A program made the translations under genes and the position numbers. Positions 41,982 through 51,462 of a stretch of 64,000 nucleotides of DNA are shown one piece after another. The DNA comes from Planctomycetota bacterium (GTDB lineage: Bacteria > Planctomycetota > UBA1135 > UBA2386): contig JBKAGP010000001.1 in NCBI GenBank assembly GCA_046290465.1, positions 2,272,001 to 2,336,000 on the forward strand. The letters run 5' to 3'. Positions within the stretch are counted from its first letter, which is position 1, and each line of letters begins with the position of its first letter. Under the pieces are notes generated by a model, which was given only the letters and a program-made list of their open reading frames with translations, was not told the origin of the DNA and searched no databases.

Positions 41982-42980
41982 TTGAGGTTCCAGCTCGGCA
42001 TTCTGGCATGCCTGCTGGCCGGCTGCGTGACGCAGTCGACCGAGTCGACCTCCCCGTCCGCGCCGAGCGGTCGGCTCGCCGCGGTGCCCGGCCAGCAGGG
42101 CGTGCTGCGCATCGGCCTCGAGTTCCTGCCGCCCGACGACCGCTTCCCGGAGCTGGAACCGGTGCTCGCCGAGCCGCGCGTCGCCACCAGCCCGAAGGTC
42201 AGCGCGCGCCGACGCGCCGTGCAGACGATCGAACTGGGCGCCGAGCAGCCTTCTCGTTCTCCCAGCCTGTCGCAGGTCGACATCGATGCGATCGAGGACC
42301 CGATCGCGCGCGAGGCGATGCAGTTCTGCAGCGACCTGATCGCGGCCGACCGCCAGCGCGTGGTCCGCGAGGTCGGCATCCCGTTCTTCGACTTCAACTA
42401 CGAGGACCCCGACCGCGGCCCGCTGCTGACCAGCGAACGGCGGCTGCGCGAGGACCACGAACGGTGGAGCCAGCAGCGCGGCACCAGCCTGCTGAAGCGG
42501 CCGCTGCGGCAGCTCGCCAAGCGCCTGCCGATCGCGCGCGAGTTCGAGATCGCGGTGCAGGAGTTCCGGTCGGATCACGTGCCGCTGACCAAGGAGTACC
42601 GCAAGGCCCACGGCGACCGCCGCAAGCTCGGCCGCCTGTCGCTGCGCCTGCACGTTCGTGAGTTCGAGGACCCGGTCGAGGTCGTCTACATCCACAACTC
42701 GGGGGTGCGCCTCGGCACCAGCCAGCAGCGCGCCAAGATGTCGCTGAACTTCGACCTGTCGGACACGCTGCAGGTCGGCCTGCGCGCCCGCACCGACTAC
42801 GAGAGCGGTCGATCCGGCATCCGGACGGACCTGATCTACCGCCCGTCGCCGCACATGAGTGTGCACCTGGCCGCCGGCGACGACATGGACTTCCTGTCGA
42901 CGTCGTCGCTCTACTCGCTGTTCGAGTCGCCGATGGACGGCCGGGCCGGCCTGGTGCTCTACGCCGTGCACACTTTCTGA
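41982..42980 (+). CDS. Hypothetical lipoprotein-like protein with a C-terminal beta-rich (barrel-like) region
   Basis: Lipobox LLAGC, amphipathic strands and terminal YAVHTF. Confidence 0.6.
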   Translation: MRFQLGILACLLAGCVTQSTESTSPSAPSGRLAAVPGQQGVLRIGLEFLPPDDRFPELEPVLAEPRVATSPKVSARRRAVQTIELGAEQPSRSPSLSQVDIDAIEDPIAREAMQFCSDLIAADRQRVVREVGIPFFDFNYEDPDRGPLLTSERRLREDHERWSQQRGTSLLKRPLRQLAKRLPIAREFEIAVQEFRSDHVPLTKEYRKAHGDRRKLGRLSLRLHVREFEDPVEVVYIHNSGVRLGTSQQRAKMSLNFDLSDTLQVGLRARTDYESGRSGIRTDLIYRPSPHMSVHLAAGDDMDFLSTSSLYSLFESPMDGRAGLVLYAVHTF

Positions 42981-43034
42981 TCGATGCCGCGCCTGTGCAT
43001 CGACTTCGCCCGCCGCGCGGCCCAACATGGCGCC

Positions 43035-43949
43035 GTGATCCGGTCGGCGGTGGCTCTGTGCGTGGTTGCGATGGTGTGCGCGTGCACGGTCCAGCAACGG
43101 CCCAACCACCCGCGCCCGGCGCTGCCGGCGCACTATCCGCCGGTGCCGGTGCCGGAGATCCTCGAGCTCGAGGCGGCCGACTGCGGCCGCCAGCTCGGCG
43201 TGCTCGCGCACGGCGAAGAACGGGTGCGCTTCGAGGTCCGTCGCCATCCGCGCGCCGCGGGCGAGCCGCCGCGGCCGCTGGTGCTGCTGGTGCCGATCCT
43301 CGCCGGCGGCAAGGAACTGATGGGCCTGGTCGCCGAGCACGTGCGCGGCGAGGGCTTCGACGTCGCCTTCTGCGAACGCGCCGGGTCGGCGCTGTCGCCG
43401 CCGCAGCGCGGCCCCGAACTCGACGAACTGTTCCGCCGCACGGTGCTGCACCAGCGGCTGCTGCTCGCCTGGCTGCGCGCCGGCGACGAGCCGCCGCCGC
43501 ACGTGCACGTGCTCGGCATGTCGATGGGCGGCATCGTCACGACCGTGCTGGCCGCCCACGAGCCGACGATCGACAGCGTCGCGATCTGCCTCGCCGGCGC
43601 CGACCTCGCCGGGCTCGTGCTGGTCACCTCCGAACGCCGCGTGCACCGCTGGCTCGACTGGCGCCAGGACACCGATGGCATCGGCTCCGACTCGCTCTAC
43701 TGGGAGATCCGGCAGTTCCTGGAGCACGAACCGGCGCGCTTCGCCGCGCAGGTGCCGACCGAGAAGGTCCTGTTCGTCAGCGCCGCGTTCGACACGGTGG
43801 TGCCGCGGCGCAACCAGAGCCTTTTATGGGAAGGACTTGGGCGGCCGCAGCGGCTCGACGTGCCGTTCGGTCACTACACCGCCGCCGTCGCGGTCGGGCA
43901 GGTGATCGGCGCGGCTGCGGCACACTTCCGGGCCCGCCAGGACCGATAG
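43035..43949 (+). CDS. Alpha/beta hydrolase, probable lipoprotein
   Basis: VCAC lipobox-like segment, GMSMGG nucleophile elbow, FDTVVP (Asp) and GHY (His). Confidence 0.8.
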   Translation: MIRSAVALCVVAMVCACTVQQRPNHPRPALPAHYPPVPVPEILELEAADCGRQLGVLAHGEERVRFEVRRHPRAAGEPPRPLVLLVPILAGGKELMGLVAEHVRGEGFDVAFCERAGSALSPPQRGPELDELFRRTVLHQRLLLAWLRAGDEPPPHVHVLGMSMGGIVTTVLAAHEPTIDSVAICLAGADLAGLVLVTSERRVHRWLDWRQDTDGIGSDSLYWEIRQFLEHEPARFAAQVPTEKVLFVSAAFDTVVPRRNQSLLWEGLGRPQRLDVPFGHYTAAVAVGQVIGAAAAHFRARQDR

Positions 43950-44064
43950 CACGGCGGCCAGGTTCGCGGCCGGGCGCAACGCCGGAGGTTCTCGAACCCT
44001 TGCACGTTACGGGGCCTCCCTCTTTGATCTGACCCCCGGAATTCCAACCCGACCGACTCTGACC

Positions 44065-45264
44065 ATGTACGTTCGCACTGCTGTCGTGGCGCCGCTGATG
44101 CTGGCTGCCGTCCTCAACGCCCAGGAGACCCCGGAGATCCAGGGGCCGACCCCGGCCCAGCAGCTCGAGCAGCTCAAGCTCGAGAAGCAGCGTCTGCAGA
44201 AGGAGATCGGCTACGCCAAGGAGCGCGTCGACAACGCCAGCAGCCTGCTGTCGAAGAAGCTCCAGCGCAGCGCGCCGGAGTTCAAGTCGATCGACGCCGG
44301 CAAGCCGAAGGGCATGTTGTCGGTGCAGCCGCGCAAGCGCGTCGAGCGCAAGGTGGCGCGCATCGGCACCGCCGAGGAGATGAAGATCGGCGGCGGCGAG
44401 GCGCTCGTGGTCGTCAACCGCCGCGGCATCTCGCAGGCGGCCTACGACGACGTCAGCAACTACCTGAAGAGCTACAACCCGCAGGCCAACGAGGACCTGA
44501 CGGCGCAGCGCGTGCTCTACGACCTGATCCGCATCGAGGGCGTCGCCGGGGAGTTCGTCGAGAACCCGGGCAAGGTCCAGCTCGCCGAGGCCTACGACAA
44601 GCTGCGCAAGGGCGAGATGTCGTTCGAGGACGCCGCGCAGAAGTACGGCACCGTGCAGGGTGCCGGCAAGGACGGCCAGATGAACGTGACCCGCAACTCG
44701 GTGCAGGGTCCGTTCTTCGAGTTCCTGGCGTTCTCGACCGAGGTCGGCAAGGTGTCGCGCCCGTTCCTGAGCCCGCGCGGCTACGTCGTGCTGAAGCCGG
44801 AGCAGCTGATCAAGGGCCAGCAGCCGTCGCTCGACAAGGTCGCGTGCAAGGTCGTGCTGTTCAAGTTCGCCGAGGACGACAAGGTCATGCTCGACGCGCA
44901 GTACAAGGTGACCTCGGGCCAGGCCGACGTGCTGGTGCGCGACGAGTCGATCCTGAAGAAGCTGCCGGCGCTCTACCGCCCGCAGGAGGCGCGTCCGTCG
45001 CCGCTGAAGATGATGGCGAGCCAGGTTCGCAACCTGCAGGGCGCGCTCGATCAGCTCGAGGCCAAGGGCGAGGGTGACACGCAGCAGGCCCAGGCCATCC
45101 GCGGCCAGATCCAGGCGCTGCAGAAGCGCATCGACGAGATCGCCGCGGAGAAGGCGGACGAGACCGACGGCAAGCAGGACGCCGACGTGAAGGACGACGT
45201 CATCAAGGGCGCACCGAAGATCAAGGCGGCGCCGCAGCCGAAGAAGCCGGGCGGCGGCAACTGA
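44065..45264 (+). CDS. Exported parvulin-type peptidyl-prolyl isomerase / chaperone-like protein
   Basis: Signal peptide; GEMSFEDAAQKYG...FEFLAFSTEVGKVSRPFLSPRGYVVLK. Codon usage looks like a highly expressed gene. Confidence 0.7.
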   Translation: MYVRTAVVAPLMLAAVLNAQETPEIQGPTPAQQLEQLKLEKQRLQKEIGYAKERVDNASSLLSKKLQRSAPEFKSIDAGKPKGMLSVQPRKRVERKVARIGTAEEMKIGGGEALVVVNRRGISQAAYDDVSNYLKSYNPQANEDLTAQRVLYDLIRIEGVAGEFVENPGKVQLAEAYDKLRKGEMSFEDAAQKYGTVQGAGKDGQMNVTRNSVQGPFFEFLAFSTEVGKVSRPFLSPRGYVVLKPEQLIKGQQPSLDKVACKVVLFKFAEDDKVMLDAQYKVTSGQADVLVRDESILKKLPALYRPQEARPSPLKMMASQVRNLQGALDQLEAKGEGDTQQAQAIRGQIQALQKRIDEIAAEKADETDGKQDADVKDDVIKGAPKIKAAPQPKKPGGGN

Positions 45265-45271
45265 GTCCTGG

Positions 45272-46084
45272 ATGGCAGCGATTCGCAAGAGTGGCGGCGT
45301 CGTTCCGTTCTTCTGGCAGGGCAAGATCCTCGATCCCCGCGACGACGCCTTCGCGGAAGCCCTGTCCCCCCAGCGGTTCCGGACCATCGAGAACGCTGCC
45401 AGCGAAGAGACGTCGATCGGCTGGGTGACCCCGGCCGATCCGACCGGCGACAGCTTCGCGATCGAGGACCTCGACGGCGGCATCGGCACCTGGCTGCGCT
45501 TCCGCATCGACAAGAAGTCGATGCCGATGAAGTGGCTGCAGATCCATCGCGACGCCGCCGAGAAGGCGCGCGGCAAGAAGCTGTCCGCCAAGGAGCGCCG
45601 CGAGCTGAAGGAAGACCTGATGGACCAGCTGCTGCCGCGCGTGCTGCCGACCATCACGCTGGTCGACGCGCTGCTGTTCCACGAGCGCAAGACGGTGCTG
45701 CTGTTCGCGACCAGCAAGAGCGCCAAGGAGGCGTTCGCGAAGCTGTTCTTCGAGACGTTCACGGTGCAGCTCGAGACCGCCGATCCGCTGCAGAGCGGGC
45801 TGCGGTCGGACCTGAGCCCGGACCAGAAGCACGCGCTCGAACGACTCGAACCGATCCGCTGGCCGAACACGACGATCGCCGACGGCGGCCTGCCGTCGAT
45901 CGAGCGTGCGGCCGCGCCGATGGCGCCCGCGCAGGAGCCGCTGGACGTCGTCGACGAGCCGGCGGCAGCGGCGGCGGAGGCGGAGGAGCCGATCGGCACC
46001 GACGAGGCGGCCGTCGCCGACGAATCCGCCGCGACCGAGCCGCCGTTCGAAGCCGACGAAGACGTCCGGGAGGAGCAGCAATGA
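45272..46084 (+). CDS. RdgC-like recombination-associated protein (N-terminal-type member of a two-gene pair)
   Basis: SIGWV...LRFRIDKKSMP...KKLSAKERRELKEDLMDQLLPRVLP...FAKLFFETF resembles RdgC; acidic low-complexity tail. Confidence 0.7.
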   Translation: MAAIRKSGGVVPFFWQGKILDPRDDAFAEALSPQRFRTIENAASEETSIGWVTPADPTGDSFAIEDLDGGIGTWLRFRIDKKSMPMKWLQIHRDAAEKARGKKLSAKERRELKEDLMDQLLPRVLPTITLVDALLFHERKTVLLFATSKSAKEAFAKLFFETFTVQLETADPLQSGLRSDLSPDQKHALERLEPIRWPNTTIADGGLPSIERAAAPMAPAQEPLDVVDEPAAAAAEAEEPIGTDEAAVADESAATEPPFEADEDVREEQQ

Positions 46085-46599
46085 GCCTGGCCAACGAAGG
46101 GGTCGAGAGCCACGGGTTCCTCGGCGAAGAGTTCCTCACCTGGCTGTGGTTCCGCTGGGAGACCGAGGGCGGCGAGTTCACGCTGAGCGGCGGCCGCGTG
46201 GTCGGCATCGCGCTCGACGACTTCCTGACGTTCGCGGCGCTGACCGAGGACGAGACCGAGCAGACGCTGCGCCGCGGCCTGCCGACGCGCACCGCCGAGG
46301 CTCGCACCGCCCTGCGCCAGGGCCACCGCTTGCGCAAGGCGCGCCTGCTGGTCGCCGAGGGCGACCGCCAGTGGACCGCCACGCTCGACGCGCCGTCGCT
46401 GACCCTAAGCGGCGTCAAGCTGCCCGACGACGCCGAGGAGTGCGAATCGGAGATGGACCGCACCGCCGACCGCGCCGCCAACTGGCTGGCGCTGCACGAG
46501 ATCGTGCAGGCCCTCTACGGCCTGTTCCTCAAGGAGCGCCTCCGCGACGACTACCGCTCCACCGCCGCCGAAGCCCAAGCCACCTGGATGGCAAAGTAG
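46081..46599 (+). CDS. RdgC-associated protein (second member of the pair)
   Basis: FLGEEFLTWLWFRWE...EARTALRQG...LSGVKLP; ATGA-coupled to the previous gene. Confidence 0.65.
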   Translation: MSLANEGVESHGFLGEEFLTWLWFRWETEGGEFTLSGGRVVGIALDDFLTFAALTEDETEQTLRRGLPTRTAEARTALRQGHRLRKARLLVAEGDRQWTATLDAPSLTLSGVKLPDDAEECESEMDRTADRAANWLALHEIVQALYGLFLKERLRDDYRSTAAEAQATWMAK

Positions 46600-47710
46600 C
46601 CGTACGGTACGCGGTTCATCCTCCAACTTTCGCGGCGGCCCGGAGCATCGGACCGTAGACCGCGAGCATCGCGGTGTGGCCGGTCGCCGCCAGCCAGCTG
46701 GCGAACTCGCCGCACTCCGCCAACTCTGAACGTGCGGCTGCCACGATGCGGCGGGCGGCCTCGCCGGTTCGCCGCATGGTGACGCCAACCTGCTGGAACG
46801 ACAGCCCGGCGAGGTCGCGCAACAGCAGCGCCGTGCCCGCCGCGTGCCAGGTCGTGCGCTTGCCGCGCAGGCGTCGCTGCGGCGCCTCGATCGCGGCGAG
46901 CGCCGATGCCGGCACCAGCTGCCAGCCGGTGTCGACCCCGTCCGCCAGCCTCGCCTTGCTCCGCACCCAGCTCAGCACGGCCGGCGCCGCCCCCGCGAGC
47001 AACATGTCGGTCGGGTCTGCACCCCCCTTGCCGGGCGTTCGCCGTCGGTCCAACCAGTCCATCGTGCCGCCGGGAAAGCCCCGCGCGAACACCTGCTGGT
47101 AGCGACTCGGGTCGTAGTGGCGCTGCTCCGTCCGCGAACGGACCTCCCGCTCGATCCACTCCCGCGCCAGCCAGTCCGGCCCGGCCGTCGCGTTCGCGTA
47201 GTGGTGACAACTGCCGTAGGGATAGTCGGCCGCGGTCGGCGCCAGCCGCGCCTGCACCGGATTGGCGTCGATGTAGCCGACCAGCACCCGCCGATACGCG
47301 AGCGAGTCGACCCTGCGAGACCAGAACCGACCGCGAAGCAGCGGACCGTCGCGCCGCCGGCCCCGATTGAAGTAGCGCACGTACGGCAGCTGGATCGCGT
47401 GCATCGCGTCCGACAGGGCCGCGTCGCCGCACCGCACCAGCAGGTGGAAGTGCGTCGCGAGCAGCGTGAACGCGTGCACCTCGAGACCGGAGCGCTCGAC
47501 CTCGGCGCGCACGCCATCGAGGAACACCCCCATGTCGAGGTCGTTCTCGAACATCGTGCGTCGCGCCAACGCGCGGTTGGTCACGTGGAACCAGCCGCCT
47601 TCCTCCGCATTCCTGGGTCTTCGGACCATGCCACCTGTCGGTGGGCACCAGGACGCGAATGTGCGCCGACCGGGCGCGAAAGTTGGAGGATGAACCGCGT
47701 ACCGTACGGC
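46599..47710. mobile_element. RAYT/REPtron-like element: Y1 HUH transposase flanked by 36-bp perfect inverted repeats
   Basis: Left GCCGTACGGTACGCGGTTCATCCTCCAACTTTCGCG (46599-46634) is the exact reverse complement of 47675-47710. The repeats are preceded by GTAG (left) and GTTG (right). Confidence 0.85.
46616..47629 (-). CDS. REP-associated tyrosine transposase (RAYT, IS200-like Y1 HUH) with a C-terminal HTH extension
   Basis: FHVTNR, THFHLL (HUH), YFNR...GPLLRGRF, YIDANPV (catalytic Tyr plus NP), YPYGS; C-terminal LAGLSFQQVG HTH-like segment. Confidence 0.9.
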   Translation of the reverse strand: MVRRPRNAEEGGWFHVTNRALARRTMFENDLDMGVFLDGVRAEVERSGLEVHAFTLLATHFHLLVRCGDAALSDAMHAIQLPYVRYFNRGRRRDGPLLRGRFWSRRVDSLAYRRVLVGYIDANPVQARLAPTAADYPYGSCHHYANATAGPDWLAREWIEREVRSRTEQRHYDPSRYQQVFARGFPGGTMDWLDRRRTPGKGGADPTDMLLAGAAPAVLSWVRSKARLADGVDTGWQLVPASALAAIEAPQRRLRGKRTTWHAAGTALLLRDLAGLSFQQVGVTMRRTGEAARRIVAAARSELAECGEFASWLAATGHTAMLAVYGPMLRAAAKVGG

Positions 47711-47715
47711 AACTC

Positions 47716-48345
47716 TCAGGGGTGGCGTTCGGGGAGGTGGGACATGGCGTTGCGGTTGAGGTGGGCCATGAGGTCGCGGACGTCGCGGAAGCCGGGCACG
47801 GTGTGGCCGCCGATTGGCACGATCGGCGGCGGGTCCACCTGTTCGTCGAAGCTGCGGGACGAGTCGAGCGGGTCGCGGTCGGCCTGGCGCCAGCGACCGT
47901 GCGCGACGAACGTCCACTGCCGTCCCTGGCCGCGGGTCGACAGCAGCTGCCAGACCAGGTCCCAGCTCGCCTGCTGCAGCGTGCGGTCCCCCTCGGCATC
48001 GAACGCGCGCACATCGAGGTGCAGCACGGCGTCGGCCTGCAGCGCGCGACCGATGCTCGCCTCGTCGTCGAGCGAGACCGCCAGGTCCGACTCGGCCAGC
48101 ATCTCGAGCGCGACCCCCGGCGCGATCACGCGGTAGCCACGACGACCTAACTGGTAGGCAAGACCGGTGAACCACAGCTCGTCGTCGGGCGGCTCGCCGC
48201 CGGCCACCAGCGGCCAGATCGCGACCGTCTCCGGCACGTCCCCCCGGATCGGCACGACCTCGACGCCGTCCCCGACGCGACAGCCGCCGAGCGTGGCCAG
48301 CGCCGACAGCCCCACGACCAACAACCCCACCGTCGCGGCACGCAT
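47716..48345 (-). CDS. Lipoprotein (GNA1162/DUF799-like)
   Basis: Lipobox LGGC; TVAIWP...RGYRV...IGRALQADAVL. Confidence 0.55.
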   Translation of the reverse strand: MRAATVGLLVVGLSALATLGGCRVGDGVEVVPIRGDVPETVAIWPLVAGGEPPDDELWFTGLAYQLGRRGYRVIAPGVALEMLAESDLAVSLDDEASIGRALQADAVLHLDVRAFDAEGDRTLQQASWDLVWQLLSTRGQGRQWTFVAHGRWRQADRDPLDSSRSFDEQVDPPPIVPIGGHTVPGFRDVRDLMAHLNRNAMSHLPERHP

Positions 48346-48348
48346 GCG

Positions 48349-49941
48349 TCAGCGCGCGCCCCCGGAGAGGCGCGGCAACATCTCGTCGCGCTGCGCGGTC
48401 TGCCAGACGAACGTCGCCATGATCACCGACGCCTGCTTCAGGTCGTCGGCAACCGCGTGGTCCCAGTTGTCCATGTTGGAGTGGTGCGTGCGCGTGCTGT
48501 AGCTGACCGCGTCCTGGATGAACTGGAACCCCGGCACCCCGACCCCGTGGAACGCCAGGTGGTCGGTGCCGCCGGTGTTGTCGAGCGTCAGCGTCGACGC
48601 CGCGTGCACGTGGAACGGCCGCAGCCACGGTCGGAACACCCGCGCGACGTCCTCGTTGCCCTGCAGGTAGACGCCGCGGATGCGGCCGGTGCCGTTGTCG
48701 AGGTTGAAGTAGCCCGACACCTTCGCCGCCTCGTCCGTCGGCGACTCCTTGCTGCCCAGGTGCTGCCGCACGTAGGCGCGCGAGCCGAGCAGCCCCTGCT
48801 CCTCGCCGCTCCACAGGCAAGAACGGATGGTGCGACGCGGCCGCACGCCCTTCTGCTTGCAGTATTCGCTGATCAACCGCGACGCCTCCAGCACGACCGC
48901 GCTGCCGCAGCCGTTGTCGGTCGCACCGGTGCCCGACTGCCAGCTGTCCAGGTGCGCACCGATCATCGCGAACTGGTCGGCGAGGTCGCTGCCCTCGAGG
49001 TCGGCGACGACGTTGTAGTCGTTCTGCTCGCCGTCGAAGAAGCTCGCGCGCAGCTCGACCGCGACCCGCACCGGCAGCCCCTTCTGCAGGATCCGGCACA
49101 TCCGGTTGTAGTGTTCGACCGCGATCGTCATCTGCGGGATCACCTTGGCGTCCGCATCGCGCGCGCTCTTGCGCTCGGCGCGCGGCGTGTCCGGCGGGTT
49201 GACGGCGCGCGCGCCGGTCGTGAACACGGTGCCGTATTCGCCCTTGCTGCCGCAGTCGACGATCGCCAGCGGTTCCTTCTGCTGCACGATCGCCATCATC
49301 TGCATGCGCTTCTGGAAGCCGATGCGGAAGCTGTTGCGGGACCGCGCCGAGCGCGCCCGGTCCCCCGACCGCTGCGTCTCGGCGCGCTGCTGGTCGGCGA
49401 GCCGCAGCAGGCTCTCGGTGTCATGACGCGTACTGACCCCGTCGAACGGCTCGCGCACCGTGCGCATGTCGGCGATCAACACGACCTTGCCCGCGAGGTC
49501 GGTCTTGCGCAGCTCGTCCGCGGTCATCGACGCGACGTGCACGACGTCGGCCTCGATCCGACCTTCGACTCCCGGCGACCAGGCCTTGGCGTATGCGATC
49601 ACCGGCCACGGGTTGTCGCCGACGACCGACATCGCGACGTGGTCGCAGCGCCAGCCGCGCCCGAACGGCCCCCACTCCTCGAGCTCGGGAGCCATGCCCA
49701 TCTGCCGGAAGCGGTTGGCCGACCACTGCTGCGCCTTGCGCAGGTTCGGCGAGCCGGTCACGCGCGGGCCGTAGACGTCGCACAGCCAGCTCAGGTGCTC
49801 CATCACCTGCGAGCGTTCGAGGCCCTCCTCGAGGAAGAACGCGACGGCGGCCTCGTCGACGGCACCGTCGGCGCCCGGCACCTGGGCCGGCAACAGGGAG
49901 GCGAGGGAAGAGACGACGAACGTGAGCATCGGGACGCGCAT
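48349..49941 (-). CDS. M28 family metallopeptidase (carboxypeptidase Q-like) with a PA domain
   Basis: GPRVTGS, IGAHLDSW, GATDNGCG, WSGEEQGLLGS, NLDNG, GTDH, THHSNMD. Confidence 0.93.
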   Translation of the reverse strand: MRVPMLTFVVSSLASLLPAQVPGADGAVDEAAVAFFLEEGLERSQVMEHLSWLCDVYGPRVTGSPNLRKAQQWSANRFRQMGMAPELEEWGPFGRGWRCDHVAMSVVGDNPWPVIAYAKAWSPGVEGRIEADVVHVASMTADELRKTDLAGKVVLIADMRTVREPFDGVSTRHDTESLLRLADQQRAETQRSGDRARSARSRNSFRIGFQKRMQMMAIVQQKEPLAIVDCGSKGEYGTVFTTGARAVNPPDTPRAERKSARDADAKVIPQMTIAVEHYNRMCRILQKGLPVRVAVELRASFFDGEQNDYNVVADLEGSDLADQFAMIGAHLDSWQSGTGATDNGCGSAVVLEASRLISEYCKQKGVRPRRTIRSCLWSGEEQGLLGSRAYVRQHLGSKESPTDEAAKVSGYFNLDNGTGRIRGVYLQGNEDVARVFRPWLRPFHVHAASTLTLDNTGGTDHLAFHGVGVPGFQFIQDAVSYSTRTHHSNMDNWDHAVADDLKQASVIMATFVWQTAQRDEMLPRLSGGAR

Positions 49942-50004
49942 GGGACCTCCGGGAATGGGCACCCACGTATACGGCCGCGTTACGATCGCGGCGAGCCCTA
50001 CGAG

Positions 50005-51396
50005 ATGAACCAGATGTCCCGTGTGTTCCCTCTCCTGCTGGCGCTCGCGTCCGTCGCGTGTGCACAGCAGTCCATGGTCGAAAGCATGAACCGCCGGTTC
50101 GCGACGACGTCGCCGAAGGCCGGGGAGATGCTGCCCGACGCGACCGGCTTCACGATGCGCGGCGAGCCGTTCGCGCTGCGCGACACGCGCGGCAAGCTGA
50201 CCGTGCTGGTGACCGGCTGCCTCACCTGAGTGCCGTTCCTGCGCAACGTCCCCGGTCTGGAGGCGGTCTATCGTGACTACGCGAAGAAGGGCGTGCAGTT
50301 CTTCATCGTCTACAAGTCGGTCGTGCACCCCGGCACCAACGGCGTGCTCGACGCGGTCACCGAACGAGAACGGATCCTGCAGCTGCAGCTCGCCAGGGAG
50401 CGCCTCGGCACCACCGTGCCGATGGTCAGCGACTCGCTCGACGGCGCGATCGTGCGCGCGCTGCAGTCCGCGCCCAACGCCGAGTTCGTCATCGACGCCG
50501 ACGGCACGGTGCTGTCGCGCAAGTTCTGGCACGACCCGGCGGCGCTGCGCACGTTCCTGGCGCAGCGGGTCGGCGAGGTCGAGCCGGCGACGCGCGTCGA
50601 GGACCTCGGCATGCGGCTCGAGTGGCCGGAGCGCAAGGCGAAGACCGGCCTCGTGCCGCGCAAGCAGGTGCCGCCGGACATGAGCATCGCGGTGTCGCAG
50701 CCGGTGCTGCCCGAAGACCCACAGGCGCTTCGCGACATGACGCCGTTCTTCGCCAAGCTGCTCGTCGAGGCGGACCAGCCGCTGATGCAGCAAGGCTCCG
50801 GCAAGCTCTACCTCGGCTTCTACCTCGACCCGGTCTACCAGGTGCACTGGAACAACCCCGCCGGCGGACTGTCGTGGCAGCTGGCGGTCGTCGACGACGG
50901 TGGCGACCAGCGATTCGAACCGATCCGCGGAGCGACGCCGAAGTTCGAGCACGAGATCGACCTCGACCCGCGCGAGTTCGTGCTCGACGTCGACCTGCCC
51001 ACCGCGAAGGCCCTGCAGCTGACGGTCACCTACACGGTCTGCGCCGACGACGATTCGTTCTGCATGCCGGTGACGCAGCAGCACCGGATCGAGCTGAAGC
51101 CGAAGCCGGGCGGCGCGTCGCGGGCGGGCGACTGGATGACCGAACTGGTCGGCGACCCGATGGCCCACGACGCCGATGGCGACGGCCGGGTGACGCTCGC
51201 GGAGCTGCCCGAGCAGCGCGCCCGGATCATCCTGCTGCACTACGACCACAACCACGACCAGGCGATCGATGCCCGCGAGGCCGCGCTGTTCTACCGGATG
51301 GTCCGGCTGCGCCCGGGCGAACGCACGACGACCGCTGCCAAGGCGAGCGCCCCGGCAACGGCCACCCCCAAGGAACCGCGGCGCGACGGCCGATAA
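50005..51396 (+). CDS. Putative selenoprotein: deiodinase-like thioredoxin fold (CxxU; TGA at 50227-50229 read as Sec) plus DsbD-alpha-like domain and EF-hand pair; probable lipoprotein
   Basis: Reading through the in-frame TGA gives LTVLVTGCLT-U-VPF...FFIVYKSVVHP...PNAEFVIDADG. A SECIS-like hairpin follows immediately. Lipobox LASVAC. Confidence 0.85.
50247..50265 (+). promoter_or_regulatory. Candidate bacterial SECIS element
   Basis: CGTCCCC-GGTCT-GGAGGCG stem-loop with a G-first GGUCU loop 24 nt after the UGA, reminiscent of the E. coli fdhF GGUC loop. Confidence 0.7.
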
Positions 51397-51462
51397 GGCC
51401 CGAAGGTGAGCACAGGTCCTTGACCAACGGGCGCCGCTGGCGCAGATTCCGCAGACCGCACG

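Noticed and set aside
46616..47629. IS200/IS605 element with TnpB or IscB
   Set aside because: There is no RuvC/zinc-finger nuclease ORF and no room for one. The protein has RAYT-type motifs and inverted flanks instead.
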